Positions 38,598-48,684 of a DNA stretch of 64,000 nt are shown piece by piece. The position numbers and the translations under genes are program-made. The notes under the pieces are model-generated. The model did not search any database. It was not told the DNA's origin and saw nothing but the letters and a program-made list of their open reading frames with translations. The stretch comes from an uncultured Chloroflexia bacterium. Lineage in GTDB: Bacteria > Chloroflexota > Dehalococcoidia > DSTF01 > JALHUB01. Numbering within the stretch: position 1 is the stretch's first letter; every line of letters begins with the position of its first letter. The stretch lies in contig OY969814.1 of assembly GCA_963703345.1 (NCBI GenBank), positions 1,888,001 through 1,952,000 of the forward strand, in the 5' to 3' direction.

Positions 38598-41450
38598 ATG
38601 GCACAGAAGAAGGCGAGCGGCAAGTCCGTCCCCGTCGACGCGACGCGACACAGGGACAAACGCAAGAACATCCCCACCGAGGAGCTGCGAGACTTCGTCG
38701 CTGAGGACGAGGCGCAGCCCCAGAAGATGCTTTACCCCCGCGACCCGTCGCTCGACCCGCAGCTCGTCTGGAAAGGCAAGGACGAGCAGGACCAGCAGGA
38801 CCTGGAAGTGCCCGTCGTGCCCGTCTACATCCAGGAGAAGATCAGCCCCCAGGCCATCGTGGAGGAGGTGCGGGCGCAGGCGCGCAAGGAGCGGCCGGAA
38901 GCGCAGCTCAACCTCTTCGCCGACTTCAACGGCATCGCCTTTGAGGAGATGGTCGACTTCTACCACCACGAGCAGAACTGGTCGAACCGCATGATCCTGG
39001 GCGACTCCCTCCTCGTCATGACCTCGCTGGCGGAGAAGGAAGGACTGAAGGGCAAGGTCCAGACGGTCTACGTCGACCCGCCCTACGGCATCAAGTTCGG
39101 CTCCAACTGGCAGGTGAGCACCCGCAAGCGCGACGTTAAGGATGGCAAGGTGGATGATGCCACCCGCCAGCCGGAGCAGATAAAGGCCTTCCGCGACACC
39201 TGGGAGCTGGGCATCCATTCCTACCTGGCCTACCTGCGCGACCGGCTGGTGGCGGCGCGAGAGCTGCTGACGGAGACGGGCAGCGTGTTTGTCCAGATAG
39301 GCGACGAGAACGTGCACCTGGTGCGCTGCCTAATGGATGAGGTCTTCGGCAGCGAGAACTTCTGCCTGCTCGTTTCGTTCGCAAAGACCGGAGGCCAAAG
39401 CAATGACCTCTTGTCGGTCGTCGGTGACTACTTGATCTGGTATGCGAAGGATCGGGCTACAGTGAAATTCCGCCAGCCGTACCTGAACAAGAGCGGCGCG
39501 ATCGGAGGAACCCAGGGGTACGATTGGATCGAATTGAAGACCGGCGAACGCCGGCGCATGTCGAGGGAGGAGAAAGAGAACCCTTCGTTGGTTGAGGAGT
39601 TGGGGGCACGGGTCTTCATGGCTGCTGACCTAACTTCTGCCGAAGATCGCCCATCCACTACGGTTAAATTCTGTTTTGAGGGGCGAGATTACTATCCGGG
39701 GGCCAACAGACACTGGCGAGTCCTTCCCTCATTCCTTCAGACTCTCGCGTCCCAGGAACGGTTGTTGGCTCTGGGGAACACGCTCAGGTTTGTGCAGTAC
39801 CTCGACGATTTCCCTGTTTCCGCGCTGTCGAACAATTGGGGGGATACCGGCATTGCTGGCTTCACGTCTGACAAAATCTACACCGTACAGACAAATACGA
39901 AGGTCATCGAGCGTTGCGTCGTTATGACCACCGACCCAGGCGATCTAATCCTCGATCCCACCTGCGGCAGCGGCACCACCGCCTACGTCGCGGAGCAGTG
40001 GGGCCGCCGCTGGATCACCATCGATACCTCCCGCGTCGCCCTAGCCCTCGCCCGCACCCGGCTCATGTCCGCCCGCTTCCCCTACTTCGTCCTGGCGGAC
40101 TCGCCGGGAGGGGTCGCGAAAGAGGCGGAAGTCGCCGGAGCGTCGCCGGCGGCCTTCGGCGGCGCGCAGACGGCGGGGGACATCAAGAAGGGGTTCGTCT
40201 ACGAGCGCGTCCCCCACGTAACCCTCAAGTCCATCGCCAACAACGAGGAGATCGACGCCATCCACGCCCGCCGGCAGGAGCAGATCGAGCCGGTGCGGCA
40301 GCGCCTCAACGCCGCCCTCAAGCAGACCTGGGAGGACTGGCAGGTGCCGCGGGAGGAGTCGCCGCAGTGGCCGGCGGAGGCGAAGCGACTGCACGAGGAG
40401 TTCTGGCGGCTGCGTCGCGAGCGCCAGCAGGAGATCGACGCCTCGATAGCCCGCAATGCCGACGTCGAGTTGCTCTACGACCAGCCCTATGAGGACAACA
40501 AGCGGGTGCGCGTCACCGGCCCGTTCACGGTCGAGAGCCTGTCGCCGCATCGCGTCCTGTCGGCCGAGGCGGAGCGGCCGCAGAGCGAGCAGGAGGCGCA
40601 GCGGGAGGCAACGAACGGCCAGTTCGAGACGATGATCATCGAGAACCTGCGCAAGGCGGGCGTCCAGAACATGCGCCGCAACGAGCGGCTCAAGTTCGAC
40701 CGGCTGGAGCCCTACGCCGGCCTCTGGCTCCAGGGCGCCGGCGAGTATACCGACAAGGGTGGCATGAGCCGTCGCGTCGCCGTGTCCCTCGGGCCGGAGC
40801 ACGGGACGGTCGGGCCGGAGCAGGTGAAGGAGGCGGCGAAGGAGGCCCTGCGCGGCGCCGGCTTCGACCTGCTGGTGGTCTGCGGCCTGGCGTTCGACGC
40901 CCACGCCGGGGAGACGGCGAAGGAGTTCTCGCCCCAGTCGAAGCGGGCGGAGGGCTTCGCCATCGCCGAGGAGACAAAACAGTACGGCAAGCTACCCGTC
41001 ATGCTGGCGCGCATCAACGCCGACCTGACGATGGGCGACGAGGTGCTGAAGAAGACGGGCGCCGGTAACCTGTTCATGGTCTTCGGCGAGCCGGACATCG
41101 CGATCAGCGAGGTCGAGGGTGGCAAGCTGGTCGCCGAGGTGCGCGGCGTTGACGTGTACGACCCGACGACGGGGGAGATACGCTCCAGCTCGACGGACGA
41201 CATCGCCTGCTGGTTCATCGACACCAACTACAACGGCGAGAGCTTCTTCGTCCGCCACGCCTATTTCACGGGCGCCGAGGAGCCGTACGACAAGCTGAAG
41301 CGCGCCCTTCGCGCCGAGATCGACGAGTCGGCGTGGTCGGCGCTCTACCAGACGCGCAGCTACCCCTTCGAGCGGCCGGAGACGGGGAAGATCGCGGTCA
41401 AGGTCATCAACCACTACGGCGACGAGGTGCTAAAGGTCTACGAGGTGTAG
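38598..41450 (+). CDS. mod: Type III DNA methyltransferase Mod subunit
   Basis: DPPYGI, DPTCGSGTT, AVKVINHYGDE. Confidence 0.92.
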   Translation: MAQKKASGKSVPVDATRHRDKRKNIPTEELRDFVAEDEAQPQKMLYPRDPSLDPQLVWKGKDEQDQQDLEVPVVPVYIQEKISPQAIVEEVRAQARKERPEAQLNLFADFNGIAFEEMVDFYHHEQNWSNRMILGDSLLVMTSLAEKEGLKGKVQTVYVDPPYGIKFGSNWQVSTRKRDVKDGKVDDATRQPEQIKAFRDTWELGIHSYLAYLRDRLVAARELLTETGSVFVQIGDENVHLVRCLMDEVFGSENFCLLVSFAKTGGQSNDLLSVVGDYLIWYAKDRATVKFRQPYLNKSGAIGGTQGYDWIELKTGERRRMSREEKENPSLVEELGARVFMAADLTSAEDRPSTTVKFCFEGRDYYPGANRHWRVLPSFLQTLASQERLLALGNTLRFVQYLDDFPVSALSNNWGDTGIAGFTSDKIYTVQTNTKVIERCVVMTTDPGDLILDPTCGSGTTAYVAEQWGRRWITIDTSRVALALARTRLMSARFPYFVLADSPGGVAKEAEVAGASPAAFGGAQTAGDIKKGFVYERVPHVTLKSIANNEEIDAIHARRQEQIEPVRQRLNAALKQTWEDWQVPREESPQWPAEAKRLHEEFWRLRRERQQEIDASIARNADVELLYDQPYEDNKRVRVTGPFTVESLSPHRVLSAEAERPQSEQEAQREATNGQFETMIIENLRKAGVQNMRRNERLKFDRLEPYAGLWLQGAGEYTDKGGMSRRVAVSLGPEHGTVGPEQVKEAAKEALRGAGFDLLVVCGLAFDAHAGETAKEFSPQSKRAEGFAIAEETKQYGKLPVMLARINADLTMGDEVLKKTGAGNLFMVFGEPDIAISEVEGGKLVAEVRGVDVYDPTTGEIRSSSTDDIACWFIDTNYNGESFFVRHAYFTGAEEPYDKLKRALRAEIDESAWSALYQTRSYPFERPETGKIAVKVINHYGDEVLKVYEV

Positions 41451-41482
41451 GCTTGCATCGGAGAGAAGACGCACCACGCACA

Positions 41483-42022
41483 GTGCACGTTGAATATCTC
41501 CTATCGCACGCGCAGTACCATGATTCCCTTCTGCAGCAATACCGCGGATTTGCGATTAGTTCGGCGTCTATCCTTGTGGCGCTCGGGACTGGTCTGACGG
41601 TCACGATTCTGCTCATCGACAATTCTATTGCGGCTTTGGCCTTAGCTGTCGTGACAGTGCTACTCGCGGTCTTCGCTTTCGTCTTTTCCAAGAGAGTTTC
41701 ACGGATAATCAGCTCACGTGGCGACGCCGTTTCCTATTGGCTATGCCAGTTGATCGCAGCCGAGCAACTGCTTCCTAGTAGCGAGCGATACTACACGAAA
41801 TTCCAACTCGAACGGAGGGGGCACGACTTGGACTTGCCCAGCAATGATGCCGACTTCGAGCTAGACTCGCTCACTTGTGAGCAGCGGCAACTGCTCGTAG
41901 GACGGGATGGAGGCAATGCTCGCCAGGCACTCGACTTCTGGCTTGACTTCGGGATCCGCGGGCTCTGGCTTGTGTTGATTCTCGTGGTGCTGATATCGCT
42001 TGTCATTAGGCTATTCGCCTAG
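41483..42022 (+). CDS. Hypothetical membrane protein (about 3 TM), start uncertain
   Basis: Hydrophobic helices; lower GC than neighbours; directly after mod. Confidence 0.55.
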   Translation: MHVEYLLSHAQYHDSLLQQYRGFAISSASILVALGTGLTVTILLIDNSIAALALAVVTVLLAVFAFVFSKRVSRIISSRGDAVSYWLCQLIAAEQLLPSSERYYTKFQLERRGHDLDLPSNDADFELDSLTCEQRQLLVGRDGGNARQALDFWLDFGIRGLWLVLILVVLISLVIRLFA

Positions 42023-42135
42023 CGGATAGAACAGCCGATTTTTCAAAGCCTTCTGTGGACAAACACGATCAGGTCATCGTGCCTGGTCTTCGACTTCTCC
42101 GCCCACCGGCGGCCCTTCGTTGAGGACGCTCGGGA

Positions 42136-42846
42136 CTAGGTGCCACCCAGCCGCCAGAAGGGCCCGGTCTTCCCCAGCTTTAACAGGGTATTCAGCGTCT
42201 CGTCTTCCAGCTGCATCATACGAGGCAGGTAGTCAGGGGCAAGGCGCTCTCGAAACATGCCCCCTCCGAACAACTGAGCGTAGTCTCTGAGCGGCATCGT
42301 GCCATCGGCGCTGCCGGCATCGTACTGGGTCCAGTTGCGAACGTGCTCTTCCGACCGGAAGAGATTCATGCCGCTTCAGGAGAAGGCTATATTCTCCTCC
42401 CAGCGTGACAAGGGCACGTTGACGTGCCCGACGACGGAGGGCGGTGAGGCTTCCAGAATTTCGCCGTCTCGCATGCGGACTCGTATCGGTTCATTGCAGT
42501 CAAGGCAGGGGCAGTCGATTTGGACTTCTTTGCCAGGGTAGAGCCAGCTGACCGCTAGCGACTCAAACCCTCACTGCCCGTACCATTTCTGCTGGCCGTC
42601 CACAGATATCAGGTACTGCGTCGGGATGTTGGAGAACGGCGCGAAAGACGCGATGTAGTCAGTGCCCGGCTGGAGCCAGAAGCCCGTTATTCCTGCGCCT
42701 TCGAGATCATGAAGGGCATCCCGTGCCGCATCAGGCGAGAGAGCCAGTTGAGTGGCGAGTTCCGTGTAGTGTGGGGCGCGACCGTCGGCAACCAGACGGC
42801 TGATGATGGCGTGATACATCCTTGCCAGGAGTTCGGGTTCTGCCGT
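42136..42846 (-). CDS. MerB (organomercurial lyase)-like selenoprotein with two in-frame UGA codons
   Basis: Continuous frame ...APFSNIPT...WYGQ-U-GFESLAV...CPCLDCNEPIRV...AFS-U-SGMNLFRSEEH; TGA at 42571-42573 and 42376-42378, each followed by a hairpin. Confidence 0.8.
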
Positions 42847-42988
42847 GGTGCACCTCCTTCGCTTTCAAGCCCCGCAGATTAGCGTGGTGCAGACCATAGC
42901 ACAACCGCTCGCGGCTGCATAGATGGCCCTGGGGTCTGAACACCGGTGGCCCTCGCGGCGCTGGCCCCGTCCCTCATGACACACTTCC

Positions 42989-43025
42989 ACCGTGCGAGCA
43001 ACCCGCTGCCTATCACGCAGAGGGT
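42989..43025 (+). repeat. Asp-type repeat 1 (tRNA-Asp-like anticodon arm)
   Basis: accgtgcgagcaacccgctgcctatcacgcagRgggt, repeated at 48438-48474 with one mismatch. Confidence 0.8.
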
Positions 43026-43184
43026 CATCAACCATCGTTCCGGGATCGGCGCTCTGTGCTACTCACTGCGCAGGGGCGACTGAGCGCGAGACTTCCACAG
43101 ATATGGATGGAGTTTTGACACCCCACAGCCAAAATGTAATCCATATCCGGACGAATGAAGAGAGCGAATAATCGGAGATGAGTT

Positions 43185-46100
43185 CTAGGCAGCTTCGGAC
43201 ATCTCGGGCAGGCAGGCCGAGTCGCCCGAACTGATTCTCCCAATCTCTCCCTTGCGCAGGGCGCGGTTGAACGCCTCCACTACGGTGGGAGAGTACTGCC
43301 GGCCCTTCTGCGCTCGGACCTCCACGATGGCCTGCCTCTGCGGCCATGCCTTCTTATAGGGTCGGTCGCTGGTCATGGCGTCGAAGCCGTCAGCGACGGC
43401 GACGATGGCGGCGCACAACGGTATCTTCTCGCCACGGAGACCGTCTGGATAGCCGCCTCCGTCCCATCTCTCATGGTGCCAGCGGGCGATCTGTCGGGCT
43501 GTCCCCAGCCAGGGATGGGTTGACAGCAGCTCCTCTCCCCATGCGGGGTGTTGCTTCACAATCTTCCATTCTGCCTGTGAGAGCGGCCCCGGTTTGATGA
43601 GGATGGAATCGGGGACGCGCATCTTGCCGAGGTCGTGGAGGAGGGAGGACAACCCGATCTCTCTGATCTCGCCGGGCGGCAGACCCAACTCGGCGGCCAT
43701 CGCTTCCGCAAAGCCCCTTATCCTAGGCAGGTGGTCTTCTGTGTAGGGGTCGCGGGCTTCGGCGCCGGTGGCTAGGAGCATGACTATGCTCTCGTAGGCC
43801 TTGCGTTTGTCCTCGCCTGCGCGCTGACGCTCGATGAAAGAGGCGATGCTCTCCGAGGCGAGGCGCAGCAGTCTGACGTCCTCCTCCCGCTCGTTGGTGA
43901 CACTTTCCATGTTGGCGAATCTGACATAGCCGATGGGTTTGCCGTCGGAGAGCAACGGGACCGCCAGGAGCGAGCGGATGTTCAGCGCCTTCCAGGACTT
44001 CTTCGCTGCTACCGCATCCGGCGGCGCCGCGGATGTGTCGGTCATGATGATAGGGTCGTTCTGCGCCAGCTTCCCCATCCACCAGGGGATCGTCGCGCAG
44101 TCCAGGTCTTGGAGGTTGTCGATCTGCGGCTCCACGCCGGGGGCGCACCACTCGCTCGTGTTGTCCATCCTCGTATCGTTGTCCCGGAACAGGAAGATGT
44201 GGGCGCGGTCGGCGCCGACCGCTTCACTCAAGATGCGGAGGGCAAGATCAAGGCCGGCGCCAGCATCCTCTGACCCGGCCAGGAGGGTAGAGGCTTGGGC
44301 GATGGCGGATTCCATCTTGAGCCTGTTCGCTATCTCCTCCTCTGCCTGCTTCTTGTCCGTGATGTTTGTGACAGCGGCCAGTGCGCCAATGTAGTTCCCG
44401 TCGCGATCGGTGACCGGGTTCGTCGCGAGACTCGCATACACTCTCGTCCCGTCTTTGCGCAGGAACTCCAATTCGTACTGTTCAGCTATTCCCTGCCGGC
44501 GACGTTCGAGCTTGCGGCTGGCGAGTTTCTGTCCTTGCTTATCCATGAATGAGAAGACCTGTCTCCCCAGCATTTCACTGACTGTATAGCCGAGAATCTC
44601 CGCCATACGAGGGTTGGCGAAGGTGGTGTTTGCGTCTTTGTCGATGGCCCAGACGCCCTCCTGGAGCTTCTCAACCAGTTGCCGGTACTTCTCCTCGCTC
44701 TCCCGCAGTGCCTCCTCCGCCTTCTTGCGCTCGGTGACGTCGGTGAAAAAGCCCACATTGCACCTACGGCCGTCTAAGACCACCATGGTGGTGTTGACGT
44801 CAGCGTAGAACAGGCTGTCGTCTTTGCGCTGGCACGGAAGGTCAGATGACAACAGCTTCTCACCCCGCGCTTGGGCCTCGAACTCGGCCAGCACGTAGCT
44901 CAAGGACTCCTTTGGGTGAATGTCCGCCACGCCTATCCGCAAGAACTCTTCTTCAGTGTATCCGAACATCCTGCACATCGCTGGGTTGGCATGGCGGAAT
45001 TGTCTCGTTTGCAGGTCGGCCACGAGCATTCCCTCTGGGGCGCCTGCGAACAGCGCCTTGTACCGCGCTTCTGATTCCCGCAGCGCCTCCTCCGCCTGCT
45101 TGTCCTCCGTGACGTCGCGGACGGTGCCGACTAAGGTCAGCGCCCTCCCGCCCTCATCGAGAACAAAGGCGCGATTGTCGCTAAGCCAACGGTACTCTCC
45201 GTCCCTGCATTGCCAGCGGTACTCAACTGTTGGAGCCTCGTGGCCTTCAACAGTGTCGTCGGGCAGGCGGCTTGGGTGTGTTTGAAACCTCTCTCTGTCC
45301 TCAGAATGGAACCTCTCTCTAACCCCTTCGAGGCCCATGGCGACGATCTCCTGGGGTGCGAACCCGACTAGCCGGAGCGACGATGGGCTCACGTAGTCGT
45401 AGGTGCTGGTTTGCAGGTTCAGCCTGTAGATCAGGTCGCGGGACACCTCCAGGACGTTGCGCAACCGCTCCTCGCTCTTCTGCAGCGCCTCCTCCGCCTG
45501 CTTGCGCTCGATGACCCGTCCCAATCGCTCGGCGATGGCATTGATCAGGTCCCCTTTTTCCGGCAAGAAGGAGCCCTCATCACTCTCTCGCCTCTCCTTC
45601 AGGTAGCACACGTCCACAGCCCCGGTCCGCTCGCCGTTCACGATAACGTCGCTGGTCTGCCTCCAGGCCGTTTCTCTGAAGTTCTCCGTCCGAAACTCTC
45701 GACCGTTGAAGGTGATTCGTGCGCACGTCACCTCCGGATACTGCCAGCCGGGAGGAATGAGGCCGACCGTCTCCTGGAGTATCTCTTCCAGGGAAATGTC
45801 CGGCCTGTGAACTAGATTCGAGATTCCATACAGGCAATTCAGTTCCTTGACCCGCTCGCCAAGGTCGTGCGTCTGATTCCACAGCGCCTGCAGCGCCTGC
45901 CTGCGCTCGGTTATATCTACAAACGAACCCATCATGCAGACAGGTTCGCCGGCCTCATTCGTGACCGTGCTTGCCGAAAGCTGGACATAGAACAGTGAGC
46001 CATCCTTTTTCCTGGCGACCAGTTCACCTATCCAGCTCCCCTCCCAGCGCAGTTCTTGCACTACCTCCGAAGCCCTCTCTTCCATCGTCCAGAACCGGGT

Positions 46101-46667
46101 AGCAGGTTCTCCCAGAACCTCCTGCTCCACATATCCCCAGAGGCTGAGGAAAGAGGCGTTTACGTATGTCAGATTCCCTTCGAGGTCAGCGATGGCAATA
46201 GCATTGGTGGAGGACGCTATGGCCCTATCCTTTATCCTGAGCGCCTCCTCCGCCTGCTTGAGCTGGGTGATGGCGCGAAAAATGCCCCGGGTAGCAACGG
46301 GCTTGCCATCCTTGAATCTACAATCGATGTTCCCTTCAACCGTGATTGTCCTGCCGTCCTTGGCTACGAACATGGCCTCAACCCGTTCAATGCCCTCTCC
46401 AGCCATCACACGTTGGAATGTCTCCGCGCAGTGTGCTTTGCTATCGGGGTGGATGATGTCCATCAAGGACAGGCCGGGGATCTCTTCCTCGCTGTATCCG
46501 AGAGTTTCTCGCCAGGCACGGTTGACGTAGATGAGAGAGCCTTCGGGGGTGACGCTCTGGATCAGGTCATTGGCGTTCTCAACCAGATCCCGATATCCTT
46601 CTTCGCTCTCCCGCAGCGCCTCCTCGCTCCGCTTGCGCTTCGCCGTCTTGTCCCGCGGTTCAGTCAT
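43185..46667 (-). CDS. Multi-PAS, GAF, HD-GYP phosphodiesterase
   Basis: Five PAS/PAC repeats; LHDLGK, HHERWDGGGYPDGL, RPYK. Confidence 0.92.
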   Translation of the reverse strand: MTEPRDKTAKRKRSEEALRESEEGYRDLVENANDLIQSVTPEGSLIYVNRAWRETLGYSEEEIPGLSLMDIIHPDSKAHCAETFQRVMAGEGIERVEAMFVAKDGRTITVEGNIDCRFKDGKPVATRGIFRAITQLKQAEEALRIKDRAIASSTNAIAIADLEGNLTYVNASFLSLWGYVEQEVLGEPATRFWTMEERASEVVQELRWEGSWIGELVARKKDGSLFYVQLSASTVTNEAGEPVCMMGSFVDITERRQALQALWNQTHDLGERVKELNCLYGISNLVHRPDISLEEILQETVGLIPPGWQYPEVTCARITFNGREFRTENFRETAWRQTSDVIVNGERTGAVDVCYLKERRESDEGSFLPEKGDLINAIAERLGRVIERKQAEEALQKSEERLRNVLEVSRDLIYRLNLQTSTYDYVSPSSLRLVGFAPQEIVAMGLEGVRERFHSEDRERFQTHPSRLPDDTVEGHEAPTVEYRWQCRDGEYRWLSDNRAFVLDEGGRALTLVGTVRDVTEDKQAEEALRESEARYKALFAGAPEGMLVADLQTRQFRHANPAMCRMFGYTEEEFLRIGVADIHPKESLSYVLAEFEAQARGEKLLSSDLPCQRKDDSLFYADVNTTMVVLDGRRCNVGFFTDVTERKKAEEALRESEEKYRQLVEKLQEGVWAIDKDANTTFANPRMAEILGYTVSEMLGRQVFSFMDKQGQKLASRKLERRRQGIAEQYELEFLRKDGTRVYASLATNPVTDRDGNYIGALAAVTNITDKKQAEEEIANRLKMESAIAQASTLLAGSEDAGAGLDLALRILSEAVGADRAHIFLFRDNDTRMDNTSEWCAPGVEPQIDNLQDLDCATIPWWMGKLAQNDPIIMTDTSAAPPDAVAAKKSWKALNIRSLLAVPLLSDGKPIGYVRFANMESVTNEREEDVRLLRLASESIASFIERQRAGEDKRKAYESIVMLLATGAEARDPYTEDHLPRIRGFAEAMAAELGLPPGEIREIGLSSLLHDLGKMRVPDSILIKPGPLSQAEWKIVKQHPAWGEELLSTHPWLGTARQIARWHHERWDGGGYPDGLRGEKIPLCAAIVAVADGFDAMTSDRPYKKAWPQRQAIVEVRAQKGRQYSPTVVEAFNRALRKGEIGRISSGDSACLPEMSEAA

Positions 46668-47397
46668 CGATGGTTCGTCCCTATGCAGTCTGCTGCAAAC
46701 TGATGCCTACCACCCATGTCGCTGGCGCTCACAGTCGCCGGCAGGGTGCAGGCGATGTGCGCAAGAGGATCAGGGGCCTGCCCGCACCTTCGCGCCCATC
46801 CACTGAATTATTCGGTGTTTCGCTGCACATTGGCCAGGGGGTGTGGGGCAACAGTATTGGATCCGTATCTGCGCAGGTCAAGCGCCGGCCCACTCGTACT
46901 CGTGGCGGAGGCCGATGTTCCCTCAGGCCTTGACCCTCTGCCGGGAAAGCAGATGGTTGGCCGTCAGCGATGTAAAAGGCTGGGCGTATTGCCCAGCCTT
47001 CCCTAATGTATATGTGTTCTGGAGCGGGAAACCAGAGCAGTGCGTTTCCCAAGACTTGACACCCCAAAGGAATGCACACGATGAGGTCATAGTGTGCGGT
47101 CTAGCCCTCAGTGATAGCGCTGCCACGAGTGGTGCTTTGGCACCCCAGAACTGCCTAGGCGACGCTATCTCCGGATATGGCGCTCTCCGAGAGCTCCCGC
47201 GAGAAATGCTGGAGGCCATCAGCCAGCTTTTCCACACCGTAGGGACCCTGCCGGCGGTGGCGCACCAGGGCGCCTGCGTTCAACGCTCCGTTCGCGTTCG
47301 ACTCCTCGGGCACGGTGCCGCCCTGGCCCTAAAGCAGCGTCTCACAAGAATCGTAGCCGCAGGGTCGCAGTCGGAGGAGGTCAGCCTCTCTGGAAGG

Positions 47398-48024
47398 CTA
47401 CTTTGACTTCGCCGAACTCGCTGCGGGCTTGACGACGCCGAGCGGCAGCACTTCGCGACCCCACGTCTCCTGGAGGAGGATCGCGAAAGAGGTGTAGAGT
47501 GCGGCTCCCGCCGTGAGCATTCCCTCCCAACCGATCGCATGCATGAAGTTGCCATTCGGCTCGTGCACACCGATTGCGAGGCCGAAGAAGAGCACGGTGA
47601 GCAGGACAAAGGTCACCTGCAGGGCACGCGAAATGCCAAAGGTCGCGACCGTCATGTAGGCGGCGAAGATTCCCCAGCAGACGAGGAATAGCGACTTGCC
47701 CTCGGCTGCCACCGGCGCGATTGCCCCCGTCTTCGTGAGGATGTTGACGAGTGCCAGAAACGCCCAGAAGGCACCGAAGGCGCTGAAAGCGGTGAAGCCG
47801 AAGGTATTATTCTTCTTTGCCTCCCACATGCCCGCCGCGAACTGGGCAATCCCGCCGAAGGCGATGCCAAGCGACCACACTACCCCCTCGGACCCTTTGT
47901 TGACGAGGCCGGCGTTGAACGCGTTCAGGGCAAGCGTCGTGAGCCCAAAGGCCGCAAGGCCGAGGGGCGCGGGGTTGGCGAGCCTCTCACTTACCTCGAT
48001 CACGGTTGGATTGCCGTCTGCCAT
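47398..48024 (-). CDS. GPR1/FUN34/YaaH acetate uptake transporter (SatP-like)
   Basis: LANPAPLGLAAF and NTFGFTAFSAFGAFW. Confidence 0.9.
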   Translation of the reverse strand: MADGNPTVIEVSERLANPAPLGLAAFGLTTLALNAFNAGLVNKGSEGVVWSLGIAFGGIAQFAAGMWEAKKNNTFGFTAFSAFGAFWAFLALVNILTKTGAIAPVAAEGKSLFLVCWGIFAAYMTVATFGISRALQVTFVLLTVLFFGLAIGVHEPNGNFMHAIGWEGMLTAGAALYTSFAILLQETWGREVLPLGVVKPAASSAKSK

Positions 48025-48437
48025 TCTAGAGGGTCTCCTTTCGTTCCGCCCCTTAGCCGAAGCGGGGGTGCCAGTGGTTTCAACCACTGTGCAGGCAGGA
48101 GCGCGAAGAGGTCAAGCCCCCCGGCGGTTCAGGCATTCCGCTTCGATTGATGTCAGGTGGGGTCGCAATCGCCGGGTGGTTTCTCGTGAAGGATTTCAGG
48201 CCAAACCCGGGTCGATGTTCGTTCCGGAAGAATAGTTCAGGAATTCGCTGTTGAGTCGTCTGTGAGCCGTCACGCCTGGTTGACCATTTGCGACCTACCC
48301 GGTCGCCATACTAAAGCGGCAAGACTGCGGACACAGACGACGGAACCGGATAGCGGCAGGCCGACGCAGCTCTGACTAGCCCTACAGTGGCGCAACGCAA
48401 GCGTCCGCAGCCTAAGTAGCCGGAGAATAGGAAAGAG

Positions 48438-48474
48438 ACCGTGCGAGCAACCCGCTGCCTATCACGCAGGGGGT
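48438..48474 (+). repeat. Asp-type repeat 2
   Basis: Direct repeat of 42989-43025. Confidence 0.8.
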
Positions 48475-48684
48475 GACCGCGAGCCTTCATCGGTGACCAA
48501 CCGAAGGCTCTGCTTTTTGCTGCGTCTCGAGACCGCGGCCCCAGCAAACTCGACTGCGGCACCGATCCGGGGCAGCTCACTTTCCAGACCGTGATGGAGT
48601 GCGATGCCCCAACAGGCCAGACACCGGGGTATAATCGGCCCGGACGAGTCAACACGACAGAGCGCCTACCAGGGGAACGAACCG

